The translations under genes were made by a program, and so were the position numbers. Positions 1-6,281 of a DNA stretch of 11,576 bases are shown here, piece after piece. This DNA is from Oliverunavirus OLIVR1 (Duplodnaviria; Heunggongvirae; Uroviricota; Caudoviricetes; Schitoviridae). Every line of letters begins with the position of its first letter. Position 1 is the stretch's first letter. Under the pieces are notes generated by a model. The model was not told the origin of the DNA. It was given only the letters and a program-made list of their open reading frames with translations, and made no database searches. The DNA lies in IMG/VR virus record IMGVR_UViG_2974724996_000001, positions 64,001 through 75,576 of that record; one strand, written 5' to 3'.

Positions 1-280
1 GCTCATCAAAACGAGCGTTAACTGCCGAAATTTCAGTTTGACGGGACTTATGGAGTTCAGCGTGGGTATCCCACTTTGCTTGATTGTCCCGGGTGATTGT
101 TTCACTAACACGAAGAATATCTCTTGCATTATCCTTATCAGCTTGATCTCGTTTTTCGGCTTCTCTACCGCCATTCCAGATAAGCGCACATGCTGCAAGA
201 ACAATCATCCCAGTGTTGATTAACGACCCAAATCGTTGCCACACTGTCTCAACTTTTGTAGCCATCAACCTAACTTCCAT
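1..280 (-). CDS. Partial single-TM membrane protein (runs off the left edge); possible holin
   Basis: Not in the ORF track. ATG at 280-278 with GGAG 9 nt upstream, and the frame stays open for 93 codons to the window edge: MEVRLMATKVETVWQRFGSLINTGMIVLAACALIWNGGREAEKRDQADKDNARDILRVSETITRDNQAKWDTHAELHKSRQTEISAVNARFDE. One hydrophobic segment followed by a charged helical region; lies next to the lysis genes. The holin call is inference only. Confidence 0.7.
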   Translation of the reverse strand, partial: MEVRLMATKVETVWQRFGSLINTGMIVLAACALIWNGGREAEKRDQADKDNARDILRVSETITRDNQAKWDTHAELHKSRQTEISAVNARFDE

Positions 281-289
281 GAGAATATA

Positions 290-299
290 CTCCGAGGAG
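290..299. promoter_or_regulatory. Back-to-back Shine-Dalgarno dyad serving two divergent genes
   Basis: CTCC-GA-GGAG. GAGGAG (294-299) lies 7 nt before the thyA ATG (307); minus-strand GGAG (293-290) lies 9 nt before the ATG at 280. Confidence 0.7.
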
Positions 300-306
300 A
301 GATATA

Positions 307-1173
307 ATGAATTCTGTAGATACACAATACCTAGAAGTTCTAGGCGAACTTCTAAATTCCAATGAACGTGTCGAAGGGCGTAATGGCGGTGTTGCTACTC
401 ATTTTGGTAAGCAACTCCGCTTTGATGATGTCGGTAACTATTTCCCATTGCTGACTACGAAACGTGTTCATTTCAAGTCAATCCTTGTGGAACTACTCTG
501 GTTCCTTAAAGGACATACTAACATCAAATACCTAAAAGACCATGGGGTCTCTATTTGGGACGAATGGGCTGATGAGAATGGTGAACTTGGTCCTGTGTAT
601 GGTGCCCAGTGGAGAAGCTGGCCATCTGGCCGGTATCAATATGATCCGGTTGAAGAAGCTGAAAATCGTATTGGTTTTGTCAAACGTAAACATACCATTG
701 ATCAGATTACTAATGTAATTAATTCAATAAAGGAACAGCCGTATGGCCGCCGTCATATCGTCTCTGCTTGGAACCCCGCAGAAGTCGATGACATGGCTTT
801 ACCTCCTTGCCATACTCTCTTCCAGTTCCACGTAAGAGCAACAGGTGAACTTGATGTCCAACTCTATCAGCGATCTGCTGATTGGTTCTTGGGTGTCCCA
901 TTTAACATCGCAAGTTATGCGCTACTACTTATTCTCATTGCGAGGGAAGTAGGGCGCAAGCCCGGTGCATTAGTGCACACATTTGGTAACTACCATTTGT
1001 ATGATAATCACCGGGAACAAGCCGGTATCCAGCTTTCGCGTGAACCAAAGGAACTACCGAGAATCAAGGTATGGGCTGATCCTGCTCGGGGTATTTTCGA
1101 TCTCGAACCGGCAGATATTGAATTGATTGGTTGCCAAAGCCACGACTCAATTAAAGCACCTGTTTCAAAATAA
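307..1173 (+). CDS. thyA: Thymidylate synthase (classical ThyA type)
   Basis: Motifs FPLLTTKR, ELLWFL, IWDEWADENGELGPVYG, catalytic PPCH (Cys codon 808-810), YQRSAD, LGVPFNIASY (Asn codon 904-906, the dUMP-specificity position), HLY and C-terminal IKAPV. Strong SD. Confidence 0.97.
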   Translation: MNSVDTQYLEVLGELLNSNERVEGRNGGVATHFGKQLRFDDVGNYFPLLTTKRVHFKSILVELLWFLKGHTNIKYLKDHGVSIWDEWADENGELGPVYGAQWRSWPSGRYQYDPVEEAENRIGFVKRKHTIDQITNVINSIKEQPYGRRHIVSAWNPAEVDDMALPPCHTLFQFHVRATGELDVQLYQRSADWFLGVPFNIASYALLLILIAREVGRKPGALVHTFGNYHLYDNHREQAGIQLSREPKELPRIKVWADPARGIFDLEPADIELIGCQSHDSIKAPVSK

Positions 1174-1175
1174 GG

Positions 1176-1195
1176 AAGGGGGCTTTCGCCCCCTT
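1176..1195. terminator. Intrinsic terminator hairpin between convergent thyA and spanin genes
   Basis: AAGGGGGC-TTTC-GCCCCCTT, a perfect 8-bp stem with a GAAA loop on the minus strand. The minus strand continues CCTTATTTT. Both stop codons abut or enter the stem region. Confidence 0.8.
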
Positions 1196-1409
1196 ACCAA
1201 CACTTCCGTGCCTTACCATCCTCATTGACTTTCGCGAACCAATGAAGAAACGGTTTATCCTTAAATACTGCTGTCTTCGTCTCAGACTGAAGAGTAGGAG
1301 GTTTTCTGAGAATAGAGCACGGATTACTTACACTCCCCAGACTCTGACAACTGACCACCAAGAACGGTAGTACAGAAATCATTATCAGAGTAATTACTGA
1401 TTTTATCAT
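1194..1409 (-). CDS. Outer-membrane lipoprotein spanin (o-spanin, Rz1-like)
   Basis: Signal peptide MIKSVITLIMISVLPFLVVS|C with lipobox Cys, Pro-containing mature part and extra Cys residues. Overlaps the 3' end of the upstream gene in another frame (1324-1409), as expected for overlapped spanins. Confidence 0.75.
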   Translation of the reverse strand: MIKSVITLIMISVLPFLVVSCQSLGSVSNPCSILRKPPTLQSETKTAVFKDKPFLHWFAKVNEDGKARKCW

Positions 1410-1542
1410 TTGTTTTACCCTGTATAATCACCTGCTTTTGGGCATTGATGGCGGCATCCCTAGTAGAGAGATGTTTACCGTATTCAATAGCAGCCATAAA
1501 TATGACTGCTCCTATTAGTGCAGTAATGATGTAAAGTTTCAT
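1324..1542 (-). CDS. Inner-membrane spanin (i-spanin, Rz-like)
   Basis: N-terminal TM helix (LYIITALIGAVIFMAAI), short periplasmic region with two C-terminal Cys residues. TAATG 1-bp overlap with the endolysin stop; followed by a lipoprotein gene. Confidence 0.7.
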   Translation of the reverse strand: MKLYIITALIGAVIFMAAIEYGKHLSTRDAAINAQKQVIIQGKTNDKISNYSDNDFCTTVLGGQLSESGECK

Positions 1543-2699
1543 TAAAGCGCAGGAAGAATCAACTGATCTTCCTCTCCTTGGCTGTTAAACAGAAGCGCAG
1601 TATCTGATTTGGTTCCAGTATAACTCTTACGAGACTTGAACCAACCATAAGCAGCATAGCCTACACCAACCACGATACCACCTACTGTGAGGATAGCAAT
1701 ACCTGTCTGCAATATATCAGTAATCTTACTGAGATAAGCATAAGGAGATACCTGCTCCACTAGGGAAGTAAGCTCATCCTTCAAGGTATTTACAGCTGTA
1801 GGTACAGCAACTGCTATAGCACCGCCCTTTTTAACTTGATCAATATCAATCAGCTTTTGTTGACCAGCATTGACCGGTGCGACATCACGAACAGCCGTAA
1901 GGGCTGTTTGTGTTTTGGGTCCAACAATGCCATCTGCCAAGAGCTTATGAGTTTTTTGAAAAGCCATTACAGCCTTTTCAGTTGCATCACCAAAGTCACC
2001 ATCAATAGCGACTTTGTAGCCTGCCAGATTAAGCATAGCCTGCAAATCACGAACGCCTGCACCTTGAGAGCCAAGACGAAGATATCCAGATCGATTATCA
2101 GGCAGAGTAGCTTCACCACCGAGGGTACGGTAAGCCGCTGCCATCTTGGTGTCGTACTTGTTCACGCGGTAGTTCGGGCCATTATAACCACGGGCAAATG
2201 CTGACCAATCCAAAGCACGTAGGTGTTTATCAAGACCATTCTTCTTGATAAATCTGGCCATGATTTCAATCTGGCCAACGAGGCCAGATCGGGCAACCTC
2301 AATCATTTGATCCAAAGAAGAATAGCCAAGAGACTTCCAATGAGAACCCATCACTTGACCTACACCGTAGGAGCAAGATGAATAGGCAGCATTACGGTCA
2401 AAAACAGCAGCACGCTTAACAAGCTTCCAACGATCCACCTGCTTAGCGGGATTTTTAACCCCTCCAGCCTTGGGGCCGGATACACCAGCCTTTCGAGCAG
2501 CTTCACGGATTTTTGGATCACAGAGCTTATCGAAATAATGACCCTCGTAACGAATAAGGGGTTCAAGACGACCATTAATTGTCTCCCCCGTTACGCCATT
2601 ACTTTCAACCTGAACCACAGCTAGAAGGGCAAGGTGAGGTACATTAATTGAGGAAGCAATTTTCTTTACTTCATTAATCTCATGAGCAGTGAATTTCAC
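1542..2699 (-). CDS. Endolysin: DUF3380-type N-acetylmuramidase + PG-binding domain + C-terminal TM
   Basis: VQVESNG, RYEGHYF, SYGVGQVMGSHW and FARGYNGP muramidase motifs. LRLGSQG..V..LQ..L...GY..DGDFG..T..AV..FQ....L..DGIVGP.T PG-binding repeat (aa ~207-267). TM at aa 334-354 followed by KSRK. GTG start with AGGAG SD. Confidence 0.93.
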   Translation of the reverse strand: MKFTAHEINEVKKIASSINVPHLALLAVVQVESNGVTGETINGRLEPLIRYEGHYFDKLCDPKIREAARKAGVSGPKAGGVKNPAKQVDRWKLVKRAAVFDRNAAYSSCSYGVGQVMGSHWKSLGYSSLDQMIEVARSGLVGQIEIMARFIKKNGLDKHLRALDWSAFARGYNGPNYRVNKYDTKMAAAYRTLGGEATLPDNRSGYLRLGSQGAGVRDLQAMLNLAGYKVAIDGDFGDATEKAVMAFQKTHKLLADGIVGPKTQTALTAVRDVAPVNAGQQKLIDIDQVKKGGAIAVAVPTAVNTLKDELTSLVEQVSPYAYLSKITDILQTGIAILTVGGIVVGVGYAAYGWFKSRKSYTGTKSDTALLFNSQGEEDQLILPAL

Positions 2700-2716
2700 A
2701 TTACTCTCCTAATTAG

Positions 2717-3766
2717 TTATGTAACCCTTCCTCTAAGGTCACCGTAGTTGTTCATAGTAATCAAAGCAGAGCGATATACAATACCTGCTAGTCCTCCTGC
2801 CTGTCCACCAGCACCTCCGCCATTGTTACCACTACCACCTGTGTTACCAGCAGAACCTGCTACGCCCCAATCACCGCCATTACCTCCGGTACCGCCAGTA
2901 CCAGCATTCGTACCACCTCCACTGCCACCTATACCGTTAGATCGGTTCTGATTAGAACCCTGACCATTACCGCCATTTCCCCCGGCTCCACCTGATGTGT
3001 AATTATTCTGCCAACGTCTACGACCAACCTCATAACGTAGACTTCCGGAAATAGGCTGATCTCGATAGGCACCTCTATAATATCTCCAGCCATCATTACC
3101 ATCATATTCAGTGGTACCAGAGCCGCCTACGGTTCCTTTATTAGCTCCACCCCATACAGCATAAGCAGTGTTGTTACTATTCTGTTGTCGGAATACATAT
3201 GAGGAGCCGTCATAAGCCCACCCTTCCCAGAATTCTTGAGTCCAATAACCACCTCCACCATTTCCTCCAACACCTCCGGCACCTCCCCCAGCAAATAGGT
3301 TACCGTAATTATTGAACACAGGCTTTTTAGACCAAGTTACCGCAGGATCTGTATAGATTACATTTCCACCACGACCGCCATTTGGTGCACCACCCCTGCC
3401 TAATATGGACCCGTAATTATTAATTATAAGCAAACCGCCCCAAGTAACAGCTTGGCCTCCGGGTTGAATTGCAGCAGCCCAATCCAATCCATTACCTACA
3501 ATTGTTACACCAGAAGCTATGTTTACGATTTTAGTTGTATCGCTTGCCCATTCTTCAGAAGTAAATAAATTAGAAAAGATTACCTCAGTACCATTACTAG
3601 TAATGGTTACGACAATCTCACTGGCAAATACTTTCTTAGATACCCCAAGAGAAGGGATCATGGAAAATAGAGAATTAACAGGTAACCAAAGACTACCTGC
3701 TTTACGGTATATCCTGTTGACTTTTTTAGCCTGAGAGGCTGCTCTAATATATGTATTTGCCATCAC
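2717..3766 (-). CDS. Gly-rich adhesin / receptor-binding tip protein B2 (T-even gp38-like)
   Basis: INNYGSILGRGG, FNNYGNLFAGGGAGG, long GGx tracts and C-terminal NNYGDLRGRVT resemble the gp38 polyglycine adhesin pattern. Paralog of 5205..6281. The real start is probably the ATG at 3763 (TGATG overlap) rather than the GTG at 3766. Confidence 0.75.
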   Translation of the reverse strand: MMANTYIRAASQAKKVNRIYRKAGSLWLPVNSLFSMIPSLGVSKKVFASEIVVTITSNGTEVIFSNLFTSEEWASDTTKIVNIASGVTIVGNGLDWAAAIQPGGQAVTWGGLLIINNYGSILGRGGAPNGGRGGNVIYTDPAVTWSKKPVFNNYGNLFAGGGAGGVGGNGGGGYWTQEFWEGWAYDGSSYVFRQQNSNNTAYAVWGGANKGTVGGSGTTEYDGNDGWRYYRGAYRDQPISGSLRYEVGRRRWQNNYTSGGAGGNGGNGQGSNQNRSNGIGGSGGGTNAGTGGTGGNGGDWGVAGSAGNTGGSGNNGGGAGGQAGGLAGIVYRSALITMNNYGDLRGRVT

Positions 3767-5190
3767 GCATCATACTGGAAGTACAGATCACCATCTGAAC
3801 CAAAAGAGTCACTAGGTACCCCAGTCCCATAAAAGAAGTTACTAGTAGCAGCATTACCAAGATCACCTGGTTGAACTGCGGTATCTGCTTTACTGCCTTG
3901 TATACTTGTCGCTTTAGTAGCAAGAGCATCTGCAATAGCGCCACTTTCTACCATTTGTGCTTCAGTTTTATTAGGTACGTTTTCCAATCCTACATGGGAT
4001 TTGTTTAATACAACTGTTCCAACCATACCATTAACGGAAAGAACTTGGTCCGAACTGTCAATCTTATCCCAAGTGGAACCATTGGAAACAATCCAGTCTC
4101 CGAGAGACCATTCAGAAAAGTCATCAATAATGGTGGTACCCGGGGTATTGATCACATAATACCACCCTTTGTTAGCAGGCGATGCTGCTGGAATTTCTGG
4201 ATCATTTGCAGAAGCATCCCATGTACCTTGGTAATTCATCGCTCCAATCAACGCCTCATTAATTTGAGACAAAGGGACCTTTGAATTTATATCCAGAGAT
4301 GCGTAACCGTTTGATGCACCTTTATTGATTGCCTTCTCACAAAGAGAAAATGCGTCCTCAAGTCCGGTTATTGTAGACATACTTTGAGAACCAGTATGGT
4401 TCGCTCGATCAAACACATCCTGCTTAATATTCTGAGGATCATATAATGCACTTAGCATGTCTCCGGTACCTGTACCGGAAGCCCCTCTTATATTAGTAGC
4501 TTCACCTATATTATGAGTGTAACCTGTTTCACTAATATACATTCCAACAGGGGGTTTGACACCAGACCCACCAAACCAATCCACTACTCTCTGAACTGCA
4601 CGGGGGCCGTCCATTACATTAGAGACTACAGCAGTCCATGCATCCAGACCTGTTGCACCAACAGGAATACCGAGAGTGATCTTCTTGGTTACTGGATCAT
4701 AGATAGCAGTTGCTTGTTCTCCTACATCAAGGGTTTGTGCTTCGGCTGTAATATCGGCAAGGAGACCATCGCGTATTTCAATGGTCTCATTTAAAGCAAT
4801 TTGAGCAGATTGAACTAGTTCCTCTGTCTGAGGAATGATTTGGAGAAGCTCATCCAGATTAGAATAAACAGCAACAAGTTCCGGAAGTGCAGATACAATT
4901 TGCTCTACACTATCCAGATTTTCTGCCACCAATTTTATATCAGTAATATTATCAATAATACCCTGTAGATTATCCAAATTTTGTTGGATATCTATAAGAG
5001 CATCTATCTGAGCCGATATCAGATTTAGCTGCTGAATATGCTGAGCAACGTATCTTACCACTTCATAAGAGGTACGGAGAATTCTATCTACGACTAACTC
5101 TGGTTGGACATTACCGGCGGGTATAGATGGGGCAGAAGGCTCTGCATACCCATCGTCTGTAAAATCTCCGCCAAAAGGATTACCCGACAT
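3763..5190 (-). CDS. Tail fibre / appendage stalk protein A2
   Basis: N-terminal QPELVVDRILRTSYEVVRYVA anchor-like motif, 10-residue repeats, fibre motifs (GYASLD..KVPLSQ, QGTWDA, GDWIVSNG, V.SVNG..G.VVL.K..VGL.NV) and terminal GTGVPSDSFGSDGDLYFQY. Collinear paralog of 6278..7666. Confidence 0.85.
   Translation of the reverse strand: MSGNPFGGDFTDDGYAEPSAPSIPAGNVQPELVVDRILRTSYEVVRYVAQHIQQLNLISAQIDALIDIQQNLDNLQGIIDNITDIKLVAENLDSVEQIVSALPELVAVYSNLDELLQIIPQTEELVQSAQIALNETIEIRDGLLADITAEAQTLDVGEQATAIYDPVTKKITLGIPVGATGLDAWTAVVSNVMDGPRAVQRVVDWFGGSGVKPPVGMYISETGYTHNIGEATNIRGASGTGTGDMLSALYDPQNIKQDVFDRANHTGSQSMSTITGLEDAFSLCEKAINKGASNGYASLDINSKVPLSQINEALIGAMNYQGTWDASANDPEIPAASPANKGWYYVINTPGTTIIDDFSEWSLGDWIVSNGSTWDKIDSSDQVLSVNGMVGTVVLNKSHVGLENVPNKTEAQMVESGAIADALATKATSIQGSKADTAVQPGDLGNAATSNFFYGTGVPSDSFGSDGDLYFQYDA
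4831..5040 (-). repeat. Seven 10-aa (30-bp) degenerate coiled-coil-like repeats in fibre A2
   Basis: aa 51-120: HIQQLNLISA/QIDALIDIQQ/NLDNLQGIID/NITDIKLVAE/NLDSVEQIVS/ALPELVAVYS/NLDELLQIIP. Confidence 0.7.
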
Positions 5191-5204
5191 AATTACTTAC
5201 CTTA

Positions 5205-6281
5205 TTAGATAGAGTTACCTAGCAGTGTACCAGAACCTGTGTAAATGACTTTAGTGAGATCACTAATACCTTTACCAGCAGCACCTCCGCTAGTGCCTCC
5301 GCCTCCACCATATCCGTTACCAGCGTTACCATTTCCACCTGTGTTACCAATGTTGCCTACACCGCCCGGAGAAGCCCAGTTACCGCCATTTCCGCCTGAG
5401 CCACCTGTACCCCCAGTACCTGCGTTCTCTCCTCCTGGAGCGCCTCCTGAGCCGCCTAGACCATTGGTAGCAGATACACCGTAACCAATACCTCGACCGC
5501 CGTTACCACCAGCACCTCCATTACCACCGGGGGTATTTTCACCAGCAGAATATGTACGGGAAATAGCGTAATAACCAACTCCGCCTGTATAATAATTTTG
5601 AGAACCTTTATAGTAGGTAATTGCACCTATTGCGACAGAATTGGGTATACCGCTACCCATGCCTTGACGCCCGCCCCACCAAGCTTCCCAAGCATTATTA
5701 TTATCATCTTGTACCCAAAAATAAGAACTATCGAAATTATAGATAGGTCCTTCAGACACTACCCATGTTCTATATCCAAGACCACCAGCACCACCTGTAC
5801 CCCCCTTGCCACCGCCACCACCGGCACCTCGAATAACCCCTTCATTACTAATGGTAGCCTTCTTAGTAACTCCGCCACCAATAATAAGGGCATCGCCTCC
5901 GGCAACACCACTGGAACCAAGGGAAGTGGAACCTGCTCCTGAGAGTCCGGATATGCTACCGGAAGGGGTTACTTCGATTACGAGATCACCGCCGAAATCA
6001 GTAGTCCATTGTAATGGTCCACGATCAACAGCAACCTTCAGTCTCTTCTTAGTATTAGCCGCCCATAGACCAGCTTGATACCCGTTAAAAATTGACTCTA
6101 GGGACTGGATCCCCAATGCACCAGCATCAACTGTGACCTCGGCAATGAATACTTGTTTTGCAACACCAGAAATAGAGGCGTAGAGTTCCGTTGCCGGAAC
6201 CCATACACCCCCCTCTTTACGGTATGCATCAGCAACTTTGCGAGCTGCATTAGAGATGTTTACAAAAGTCTCACCCATCAT
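5205..6281 (-). CDS. Gly-rich adhesin / receptor-binding tip protein B1 (T-even gp38-like)
   Basis: ISNEGVIRGAGGGGG, GGx tracts and C-terminal GGAAGKGI...GSGTLLGNSI. N-terminal KV...YRK.G..W.P motif shared with B2. ATGATG overlaps the upstream TGA. Confidence 0.75.
   Translation of the reverse strand: MMGETFVNISNAARKVADAYRKEGGVWVPATELYASISGVAKQVFIAEVTVDAGALGIQSLESIFNGYQAGLWAANTKKRLKVAVDRGPLQWTTDFGGDLVIEVTPSGSISGLSGAGSTSLGSSGVAGGDALIIGGGVTKKATISNEGVIRGAGGGGGKGGTGGAGGLGYRTWVVSEGPIYNFDSSYFWVQDDNNNAWEAWWGGRQGMGSGIPNSVAIGAITYYKGSQNYYTGGVGYYAISRTYSAGENTPGGNGGAGGNGGRGIGYGVSATNGLGGSGGAPGGENAGTGGTGGSGGNGGNWASPGGVGNIGNTGGNGNAGNGYGGGGGTSGGAAGKGISDLTKVIYTGSGTLLGNSI

Noticed and set aside
38-223. 61-aa plus-strand ORF
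   Set aside because: TTG start with no SD; it is the antisense shadow of the better-supported minus-strand gene at 1-280.
307-1173. ThyA as a base-modifying dCMP/dUMP hydroxymethylase; D-to-N change in GNYHLY
   Set aside because: The dUMP-specificity Asn (PFNIASY) and other ThyA motifs are intact, and GN.H.Y also occurs in ordinary phage thymidylate synthases (T4 td, from memory).
1176-1195. Hairpin as an N4 virion-RNAP promoter
   Set aside because: It has a 4-nt loop rather than the 3-nt loop of vRNAP promoters and sits between convergent stop codons, so a terminator fits better.
2748-2951. Pro-rich plus-strand ORFs (also 5245-5484 and 5806-6078)
   Set aside because: Antisense read-out of GGN glycine codons in the adhesin genes.
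3744-3944. Programmed -1 frameshift fusing fibre and adhesin (also at 6278), and the alternate-frame ORF spanning this junction
   Set aside because: The -1 frame has stops a few codons upstream of both junctions and I saw no slippery heptamer in the open interval. The 66-aa ORF has no supporting features.
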